In this document: positions 30,581-37,969 of the stretch, in pieces
Layout of the letters: every line of letters begins with the position of its first letter
How positions within the stretch are numbered: the first letter of the stretch is position 1
NCBI GenBank assembly: GCA_030610885.1
Contig: JAUWQW010000002.1
Coordinates: 7,375 to 71,374, forward strand
DNA length: 64,000 bases
DNA from: Candidatus Aminicenantes bacterium
GTDB taxonomy: Bacteria > Acidobacteriota > Aminicenantia > UBA2199
Reading direction: 5' to 3'
The notes under the pieces: generated by a model
Database searches by the model: none
What the model was told of the DNA's origin: nothing
The model's input: the letters and a program-made list of their open reading frames with translations, nothing else
Program-made: the position numbers and the translations under genes

Positions 30581-30626
30581 AAAAAAATTAGTCTATCTAC
30601 TTGACAATTAACTTCCAATGGATGAC
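30581..30626. repeat. 46-bp direct repeat copy B (partner of 24721-24766); also contains AATGGATGACTCT shared with the inverted right end of the Avs cassette
   Basis: Direct alignment: 4 mismatches in 46 bp versus copy A. Confidence 0.8.
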
Positions 30627-30764
30627 TCTTATAGTCCTCCTAGGAGGAAGGAAGGTAATTCTTCCATTTTTTCATCTCACCTATTGACATTCAGGTAACT
30701 TTTACCTATATTTAGATCAAAGGATGTAAAACGATTTTCCTATTTTGTGTTAAAGGGGGTTGGT

Positions 30765-31346
30765 ATGAAATGTCCAGAATGTGGGAAAAATTTTCCTCAA
30801 GATAACAAATTTTGCCCTGGCTGTGGGAAGAAAGTGTCGGATTTTATTTGTAATGCAGTTAATCAGTCAAAAAACAAAAAAGGAGTATATTTAACAAAAG
30901 AAGAAGAAAAAAGAAAAGCTGAATTATTGAAAAAGGGTACACCTACATGGCAAATGATTTTGTTATTAATTATATTTGTGGGTGGATTTTATGCAACTTT
31001 CATTTATGATTCACCGAGTGATAAAAAACCTGTTTCGGTTCAAAAACCCAAACGTCCCGAAATGAATGCATTTGTAAGATATTACCAAGGAATGATTGAA
31101 GTCACTAATAGAAACAATTACGACTGGACGCCCAAAGAAACATGGGAGGGTAAGGCTATCAAATTGGAAATAAACGATAAGTTTACATATTACTATAGGG
31201 GTAAAATGAAGGCAGGACAAACTTACAAAATACCAATTCTCAGCTTTTCTAAAAAAGATGGCACAAGGTTTAATATATTGATTTATAAACTTAAAGTAAT
31301 TTTGATAACAGGCAGTGAAGGTATAGAGATTTTGAATTGGAATTAA
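30765..31346 (+). CDS. zinc-ribbon membrane protein, function unknown (start refined from the GTG at 30747 to ATG 30765)
   Basis: MKCPECGK...CPGCGK zinc ribbon, one TM helix (ILLLIIFVGGFYATFI). RBS AAGGGGGT before ATG 30765. Upstream CTATTGACA-N17-TATATT promoter at ~30683-30716. Confidence 0.5.
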   Translation: MKCPECGKNFPQDNKFCPGCGKKVSDFICNAVNQSKNKKGVYLTKEEEKRKAELLKKGTPTWQMILLLIIFVGGFYATFIYDSPSDKKPVSVQKPKRPEMNAFVRYYQGMIEVTNRNNYDWTPKETWEGKAIKLEINDKFTYYYRGKMKAGQTYKIPILSFSKKDGTRFNILIYKLKVILITGSEGIEILNWN

Positions 31347-31381
31347 AAGTTAGAAATAAATAATTAAAATAAGGAAGACCT

Positions 31382-32320
31382 ATGAAAAAAAGTAAATTTA
31401 TATTGTTATTTGTTATGGGAATTTTATTATTTTTCTGTAATACCAACAAAATTGATGAAATCATTAATATACCAAAGGACTTCAAGCCCCAATATTCAAT
31501 TGTTGAGACAGAGGATTTAAGCTATCAGTATGTCAAAAGGATTTCGGTAAGAATAACCGTTCCTAAAGGTTTATCAAAACCAATACTTGAAAATAACATT
31601 AAGCATGCAATAAAAAAGGCATACAATGATCAGGAACCTAAACCAAAAGTAATTTGTGTTTTTGCTTATGAACTGGGCACCAATACTAATGACTATTATA
31701 CTGCCGGCAAATGTAATTTTGCTCCCTTTGGAGATTGGTCAAAGGCAGATCAGGATGTTCCTATGGATCAGTATGACTTGAAGTTTGAATTTTATGATGA
31801 ATATTTTGGAAAAAAACCAAAACCTAAAAAAGTAAAAGTAACCAAGGAAACAGCGAAAGAATACAATGTTGATCTTAATATAAGGAAAATTGCATCGAGA
31901 ACCTTTGTGGTTAATGCTAAAACCAATTTTCCTGATGGTACTATCTTACTTGTATCAGTTGGTAGAGTCCATTACTTGAAAGGAAGAAGTTCAAAATACT
32001 CGGGAGATTTATTTTCTAAAGATATAAGGGTCAAAAACGGGCTTATTAGTACAAAAATAATAATTAATGATAAGAAATGGTACAATGAACATTATTCAAA
32101 GCAAAAGAAATTAGGAAAAGACCTGATACCGGATATTGTAAAAATTTCTAAAAAAGTCAATTTTGATGTTTTGTTTTCACCTAAAAGGCAAAAATCCGAA
32201 GATATCCTTAGAATACTCGGGAAAGATGGTGAGTTTATTAAAGGGAGAGGAATTGATAAATCTTATTCATTTAATACGATGAGGGTATCCAAAGAGATCA
32301 GTATTGCTTTTTTTATTTAG
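31382..32320 (+). CDS. hypothetical lipoprotein
   Basis: Signal peptide with lipobox LLFFC|N. No recognisable catalytic motif. Confidence 0.45.
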   Translation: MKKSKFILLFVMGILLFFCNTNKIDEIINIPKDFKPQYSIVETEDLSYQYVKRISVRITVPKGLSKPILENNIKHAIKKAYNDQEPKPKVICVFAYELGTNTNDYYTAGKCNFAPFGDWSKADQDVPMDQYDLKFEFYDEYFGKKPKPKKVKVTKETAKEYNVDLNIRKIASRTFVVNAKTNFPDGTILLVSVGRVHYLKGRSSKYSGDLFSKDIRVKNGLISTKIIINDKKWYNEHYSKQKKLGKDLIPDIVKISKKVNFDVLFSPKRQKSEDILRILGKDGEFIKGRGIDKSYSFNTMRVSKEISIAFFI

Positions 32321-32408
32321 ATCATTTACTTATTTTTAAGTTTGCCTATTGGCATTATATAAAGTAGCCCTTCTCCTTTTTCAGAAATGTGTTCATCATT
32401 TTTCCTAA

Positions 32409-32487
32409 ATCTATTGACAATGAACAATAATTCTCCTAATATTTCATTAAGATGAAAAAAGGATTTTCCTATGGTGTCTTCCGTTGA
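32409..32487 (+). promoter_or_regulatory. conserved promoter-leader module copy C: TTGACA(32414-32419)-N17-TAATAT(32437-32442), leader, AAAAAAGGA RBS-like tract, ATG; short uORF MKKGFSYGVFR (32452-32487). ~90% identical over ~65 bp to copy D at 46948-47017
   Basis: Direct alignment of the two copies, which sit upstream of unrelated genes. Confidence 0.55.
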
Positions 32488-32593
32488 AGAACATTCACAA
32501 TCTTGAAAGAGAGAGATTAACTTGTATATATTAAAAAATGTATAAGGATGAGTTAAAGGAAGCATTATACGAAAGAGATGGAGAAAAATAAAT

Positions 32594-34015
32594 ATGATAT
32601 TTAAAAGGTTAAAGGAAGAATATGATTCCTACGAAAGTTTAAAACAGATCTGGGAAAAAAGGTCAACAATATTTATTTTAGAATTAATCTGGGTCATATT
32701 CATTTTATTTATATTTGTTGTAAAATATATTGATCTAAATTTCAAATCCATAAAGGGGATTATAACAAATTACATTGCGCTTCGAAATTTACTGGCAATT
32801 TATGTTTTAATAGCATTATTGATATTTGTGATATGGTATTTTAAGAGAAAAATCCCAAATATCCCTAAAGATAGAATTGGTATAATTTTTGCGATATCCA
32901 CAAAAAATCTAAGAAAAAAAAACATAATCAAAGAAGATTTTATCAGGAGAATGAAAACAGAGATTGCTTCTATTTCAACAGATAGATATGTTGTTGAAAT
33001 ACTTTCTGAATATCGATCATCTTTAATAATTGAGCCAGAAAATGAATCGGATGTATTAAAAGAGACAAACAAATATCTTAAAAGATCTAATGCTAAATTA
33101 TTAATTTTTGGAATTGCTCAAGAAAGGAATATGGCAGGGAAAGAGTATTACAATCTTATTTTAAATGCAGTCATCTCTCACCCAAATATTGACAAATCTA
33201 TAAGTGTACGGATCGGACATGATATGAGATTGGCATTACCAGAAGAAACTAGAATACCTATAGAAGACGAGTTAAGAGGCTTTGAAATTGTATCTTCACT
33301 ATATGGAATTTCGGCGAAGTTGTTTATTGGAATTGCAGATTATATTTCCCAAGATTATAGAAGGGCAATAAAAATTCATAAGTTGGTGCTAAATGAATCT
33401 GAAAACAAACCTGTAACCACTGAACTAGAAAAAACAGTACTTTTAAATATAAAAAATATTTCTAAAAAAGCTCTAATTGGCGAATGTATAGAACTTGTTA
33501 TTAGTCATTATAGAAGGACAGGTGATTATGAAGGTATGTCTGATGTATTGGACTTAGCGAAAGAAATTGACCCCAAAAATAAACCGATGGCGCTAAGCAG
33601 GGCCATTTATTATTTTCTAAATGGAAGAAATATCAAAAAGTCATTAAAAGAACTTGAAATTGCCAAAAACACAAAAGATTATACATGGGCTTATAGCATG
33701 GCATTCATAGAGGGATATGTAGGCAATTTAGATGAAGCATACAAATTATATCGAAGGGCATCTGAAAAGAAGTCAGTTCTGGATTCGTATATTCAATGTG
33801 AAGAATTTATATATAAAATCATTGAGGAGGAACCAGATAAAATCCAGTTATATTATTGCCTGGGACTGCTTATGTATATGTCAAGGGAAGACATGAAGCT
33901 TGCTAAAGAGAATTTTGAAAAATTTATAGAGCTAGCTGAAGAGAGAAAATTATTTAATGAACACGTAAATCATTCGAAAAATTATTTAAACAAAATAGAA
34001 TTAATAGGAAAATAA
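32594..34015 (+). CDS. membrane protein with two N-terminal TM helices, a cytoplasmic alpha/beta-like domain and a C-terminal TPR-like helical region; candidate partner/effector of the downstream TIR protein
   Basis: TM helices IFILELIWVIFILFIFVV and LLAIYVLIALLIFVIWYF. 27-bp gap to the TIR gene, same strand. Confidence 0.5.
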   Translation: MIFKRLKEEYDSYESLKQIWEKRSTIFILELIWVIFILFIFVVKYIDLNFKSIKGIITNYIALRNLLAIYVLIALLIFVIWYFKRKIPNIPKDRIGIIFAISTKNLRKKNIIKEDFIRRMKTEIASISTDRYVVEILSEYRSSLIIEPENESDVLKETNKYLKRSNAKLLIFGIAQERNMAGKEYYNLILNAVISHPNIDKSISVRIGHDMRLALPEETRIPIEDELRGFEIVSSLYGISAKLFIGIADYISQDYRRAIKIHKLVLNESENKPVTTELEKTVLLNIKNISKKALIGECIELVISHYRRTGDYEGMSDVLDLAKEIDPKNKPMALSRAIYYFLNGRNIKKSLKELEIAKNTKDYTWAYSMAFIEGYVGNLDEAYKLYRRASEKKSVLDSYIQCEEFIYKIIEEEPDKIQLYYCLGLLMYMSREDMKLAKENFEKFIELAEERKLFNEHVNHSKNYLNKIELIGK

Positions 34016-34042
34016 TAAAAATAAGTATGAAAGTGATATACA

Positions 34043-35032
34043 ATGAGCTATATGTCAGATAACTCTGAATCAATTATCTCTTTATTAAAAAAGAAATTAG
34101 ACCTTAAAGGATTAGACAAAGAATATCGTGTACTTGAAATTGGAAGAAGTGAAATTATAGAAGTAGAATACGACAGTTGGGGGCGGGGACAGTATTATAA
34201 TAATTTATATATTGAAATTCCGATTGAATTTTTTATTGAAATTGAGGTTGAAATTTCAAAAATTGAAGAACTTTTAAAAAAAGAACTGGAATCATTAAAC
34301 AGAGGTGATACAGGCGAGCATATCAGTTCAATCACAATAAATGCATCAAAAGAAACATCTCCTGCAGGAATTCCTTTATCAAAAATAAATAAAACTAATG
34401 GAGATTCTCTTTGGGAAAAAGGGAATTTTAGACTCTTTCTTAGTCATGTTTCAACTTCAAAGAAATTAGCACATGAATTAAAAGAAGATCTTCTTAAATA
34501 TGGGGTGTCAGCATTTGTAGCACATGATGATATAGAACCTACTTCTGAATGGCAACTAAAAATTGAGGAAGCACTTCAAAGTATGGAGGCACTTACTGCA
34601 ATAATAACCAAGGACTTTCAGAGTAGTTTTTGGTGCGATCAAGAGACTGGAATTGCAATAGGATTAAAAAAACTAGTTGTTCCTGTCCGTATGGGTGCGG
34701 ATCCACATGGATTCTTAGGAAAGTATCAGGGACTATCTGGTTTTGATAAAGAAGCTATCCAAATTTCAAAAGAAATCTTTACTGCATTGACCGGACATGA
34801 ATCTACAAGAATTAAAATGGCATTAGCGGTAATTCAACTTTTTGTTCATTCTGATTCATATTCCAATGCCATATTTAACATGAGTCTTCTTGAACAACTT
34901 CCTGTAATAACTCCAGATATGGCAGAGCAACTAAAAAAATCAGTTAATGAAAATTCACAAATAAATGGGGCTTTTGGTATTTCTGAACGTGTATCTCAAT
35001 TACTGAATAATAAGGGCTATAAAACTAGGTGA
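34043..35032 (+). CDS. TIR-domain protein (bacterial TIR_2-like, ThsB-like), with ~125-aa N-terminal and ~100-aa C-terminal extensions of unknown fold
   Basis: aa ~128-225: FRLFLSHVSTSKKLAHELKEDLLKYGVSAFVAHDDIEPTSEW...ALTAIITKDFQSSFWCDQETGIAIG...LVVPVR matches the TIR pattern (FISH/SY start, I.PG..W loop, S.WC..E with conserved Glu). Confidence 0.65.
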   Translation: MSYMSDNSESIISLLKKKLDLKGLDKEYRVLEIGRSEIIEVEYDSWGRGQYYNNLYIEIPIEFFIEIEVEISKIEELLKKELESLNRGDTGEHISSITINASKETSPAGIPLSKINKTNGDSLWEKGNFRLFLSHVSTSKKLAHELKEDLLKYGVSAFVAHDDIEPTSEWQLKIEEALQSMEALTAIITKDFQSSFWCDQETGIAIGLKKLVVPVRMGADPHGFLGKYQGLSGFDKEAIQISKEIFTALTGHESTRIKMALAVIQLFVHSDSYSNAIFNMSLLEQLPVITPDMAEQLKKSVNENSQINGAFGISERVSQLLNNKGYKTR

Positions 35033-35365
35033 TTATTTTCTTAAAATGTTTTAAAAATCTTATCTGCAGTAATAATCGAACTTTTTGGAGAATTTTCCAC
35101 AGTAGGGGAAAGCTAAAGGGGACAGTTAATTTATCTTACCTATGTTAACCTGTTTTTTCTGGGGCTGTCATAAATTGCCAAAATTTTCATTTTTACACAA
35201 ATTTTTGATTTCTAAATGTATCAGTACAGATTATATTTATCAAGGATGATAATAACAGAAAATTAAATATCCAAGGAGCGGATATTTTAAGATTTTAAGT
35301 TTTATTAAAAATATGATATAAATTTATTTTATATTGGTTTTTTAAACAGAATCAGGAGATTTTTA

Positions 35366-36436
35366 ATGAAAAATAAAAATAAGTCAGAAAAGATGAAACA
35401 TGCAACTGATATGTTACTAAAAGAACGTAATTTTATTTCAGCTATTCTGGAAACTACTGGTGCACTGGTTGTCCTTTTTGATAGTCAGGGGAGATTTATT
35501 CGAACCAATGAAGCGTTTGAAAGAATCACAGGTTTTGAAATAATTGATATTGTTGGCAAAACATTTTGGGAAGTTTTGTTAATACCGGACGATGTGGAAC
35601 ATATAAAGGGAATATTAGATAAAATAATGTCAGGAGAATTCCCCGTTGAATATCAGAGTAAAATTGTTACCAGAGGAGGCAAGACACGATCGATTGTATG
35701 GTCAATAACTGCACTGAAAGATGGTAGAGGGACTATTGAATATATTATTGGATCCGGAATTGATATTACAGAAAGCATGGTTGTTAAAGAGCTATTAAAA
35801 GAGACCAGTCAGAACCTTATTCAGAGTGAGAGGAAGTACAGAAGCCTTATCGCCAATATGCCGGGTGCCGTATACCGCAGCAGATTAAGTAGTGAGGATT
35901 CAGTAGAGTTTTTAAATAACCAGATTGAAGAAATTTCGGGATATCCGGCATCCGATTTTTATCAGGATCGGAAGAGATCGTTTAAAAGCATTGTCTATCC
36001 AGATGATTATGAATGTTTAATGAAAACCATTCAGAAGGGAATTGATAAAAAAGAACCCTATAGAGTTGAATATAGGATCTTACATGTTGATGGTTCGGTT
36101 CGATGGGTATCTGAGAGAGGTCAGGGCATTTTTGATGAAGATGGACAGGTTTTATGGATTGATGGAATGATTTTTGATATTACTGAACGAAAGAATCTTG
36201 AGAAAGAGAGAGAGGTAATGATCAGGGAACTGACCGATGCATTGAATAAGGTTAAAACACTTCGAGGGCTTTTACCCATTTGTTCGAATTGTAAAAAAAT
36301 CAGGGATGATAAGGGGTACTGGAATCAGATTGAAGAGTATATAAAGGAGTATTCAGATGCGGAATTCAGCCATAGTATTTGTCCGGAGTGTGCTCAAAAA
36401 TTGTATCCTGAGTTTTATAAAAAAAAATCGGAATAA
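35366..36436 (+). CDS. PAS/PAC sensor protein with C-terminal Cys-rich zinc-ribbon-like tail; no kinase or GGDEF output
   Basis: Two PAS-like segments (FISAILETTGALVVLFD..., NMPGAVYRSRLS...). C-terminus LPICSNCKKIRDDKGYWNQIEEY...FSHSICPECAQ. Confidence 0.6.
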   Translation: MKNKNKSEKMKHATDMLLKERNFISAILETTGALVVLFDSQGRFIRTNEAFERITGFEIIDIVGKTFWEVLLIPDDVEHIKGILDKIMSGEFPVEYQSKIVTRGGKTRSIVWSITALKDGRGTIEYIIGSGIDITESMVVKELLKETSQNLIQSERKYRSLIANMPGAVYRSRLSSEDSVEFLNNQIEEISGYPASDFYQDRKRSFKSIVYPDDYECLMKTIQKGIDKKEPYRVEYRILHVDGSVRWVSERGQGIFDEDGQVLWIDGMIFDITERKNLEKEREVMIRELTDALNKVKTLRGLLPICSNCKKIRDDKGYWNQIEEYIKEYSDAEFSHSICPECAQKLYPEFYKKKSE

Positions 36437-36470
36437 TCAAAATGAATCAGATTTTTCTAAAAACATATAA

Positions 36471-37937
36471 ATGAAAGGAGATTATAGGATGAGAAAAGAA
36501 ATAAAAGTTATTTTTGTTTTTGTTGCAGTTATTATTATTTTGTTTTTATATTCATGCTCGGGAAAGGGAGAAGAGAAGAGAGATGCTCAAATAAATTCTT
36601 CTGAAAAGATTTATGAAAAAAAAGAACTAGGAGAACCAGCAACTCAACCCTCAGGGGAACAGAAAGTTCAAGAAAAATCGGTTAATAAAGCTGTTTGTGT
36701 AAATATAGTTCGGTTTTCATTTACAGATGAAGTGGCTAAGGTTAAAGCTCCTGCAGGTAAAATATTTCTGGTTCTTGAAACCAAATGGGAAAATATTCAT
36801 CCAAAACAGAAGATTGAGAAAAGCAAGCTAGAAGGAAAAAGAGATCACACAATGGGAATGAAAAAATTAATGCAGGGTGGAGAAGAGAAAAAAGAGGAAT
36901 ATGTAGATGCTGATGTAGCATACATGGTAAGAGAATTTGTAAATCATGCTTATATATTAGCTGATGGAAAAAGTTTCAGTATGGATAAAACCACAGCTGA
37001 GATTCCAGAAGGAATTAATCCCAAAGGTGATTTCATCCTTCCAAAATTTGGTGATACAAAAAAAGTTAAATTTGTTTTCCTGCTTCCAGGTGATCATGAG
37101 AATTTGGCATTCCATTTTTTTGATTATAATTACGGACATATTCTAATTCCAATCAAAGGGGATCCACTCATTGCAAGAGGTAAGGATCAACTGAAGGGAA
37201 AATTTCTTGGTGAAATTAAAAGTGATTTTGTCAATATCAATGCTCTTGAGATCAGATTTTCAAATGAATATAAAGGTAAAAAAGCACCTGACAGCTGGCA
37301 TTATGCTCTGGTTGATCTGGCAGGAAAGAGCCTCTCAGGACAAAGGGTGAAAGACATAGTTCAGATTAAGCCAGAATCTTATGTCTGGGTCAGTACTGAA
37401 GAGGGTTATCTTTACTATAGCTGTGGCGGAAGCACAACAGATGAGGGATTTATTCGCTTTACACCTGAGGTTTATCAGCAACAGAGCGTGGCTTTTCTAT
37501 TGCCTGATATAATTAAAAATATTAACCTGGGTATCCGGATACGCAATCAAGTGTTTGTTTTGAATCTTAGTAAAGATTTTAAAAAGAAGATTCCCAATCC
37601 TATTGAGTCACATCGGGATGGAGATGTGATGGAGGTAATGGTCTATGGGATTGAAAAGAGAGATAATAAGATTATCCTTAATCTTGGGATTCAATCTCTG
37701 GCCAAGAGCGGAGTGGAGATACAGAGAAAACAGCAGTTTATTCTGATTGCCAATGAACAGAAAATTTATTTGAATGATGATGAAACCAATTCAGGTCTTT
37801 TTCGTCCGCCTTCTCCCTTTGTAATTCCTCCAGGATTTTTTGTTCGTTTTGAACTTATATATACTTCTGATATATCTCCAGAAAAGCTTTATTTCAGGGG
37901 ATTTAAAAGTGAAAAATATTTTATATTAAAATTTTAA
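36471..37937 (+). CDS. hypothetical lipoprotein
   Basis: Signal peptide with lipobox LFLYSC|SG. 488 aa, no recognisable motif. Confidence 0.45.
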   Translation: MKGDYRMRKEIKVIFVFVAVIIILFLYSCSGKGEEKRDAQINSSEKIYEKKELGEPATQPSGEQKVQEKSVNKAVCVNIVRFSFTDEVAKVKAPAGKIFLVLETKWENIHPKQKIEKSKLEGKRDHTMGMKKLMQGGEEKKEEYVDADVAYMVREFVNHAYILADGKSFSMDKTTAEIPEGINPKGDFILPKFGDTKKVKFVFLLPGDHENLAFHFFDYNYGHILIPIKGDPLIARGKDQLKGKFLGEIKSDFVNINALEIRFSNEYKGKKAPDSWHYALVDLAGKSLSGQRVKDIVQIKPESYVWVSTEEGYLYYSCGGSTTDEGFIRFTPEVYQQQSVAFLLPDIIKNINLGIRIRNQVFVLNLSKDFKKKIPNPIESHRDGDVMEVMVYGIEKRDNKIILNLGIQSLAKSGVEIQRKQQFILIANEQKIYLNDDETNSGLFRPPSPFVIPPGFFVRFELIYTSDISPEKLYFRGFKSEKYFILKF

Positions 37938-37969
37938 TTAAAACATTTTAAAACTAAGAGAGGAGTTAA

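Noticed and set aside
30747-30764. ORF-track start (GTG at 30747) for the zinc-ribbon protein
   Set aside because: An ATG at 30765 preceded by AAGGGGGT at ideal spacing is a better start; the extension adds only MLKGVG.
32326-32565. 79-aa minus-strand ORF from the six-frame track
   Set aside because: Lies entirely across the conserved promoter/leader module C on the opposite strand with no RBS; almost certainly spurious.
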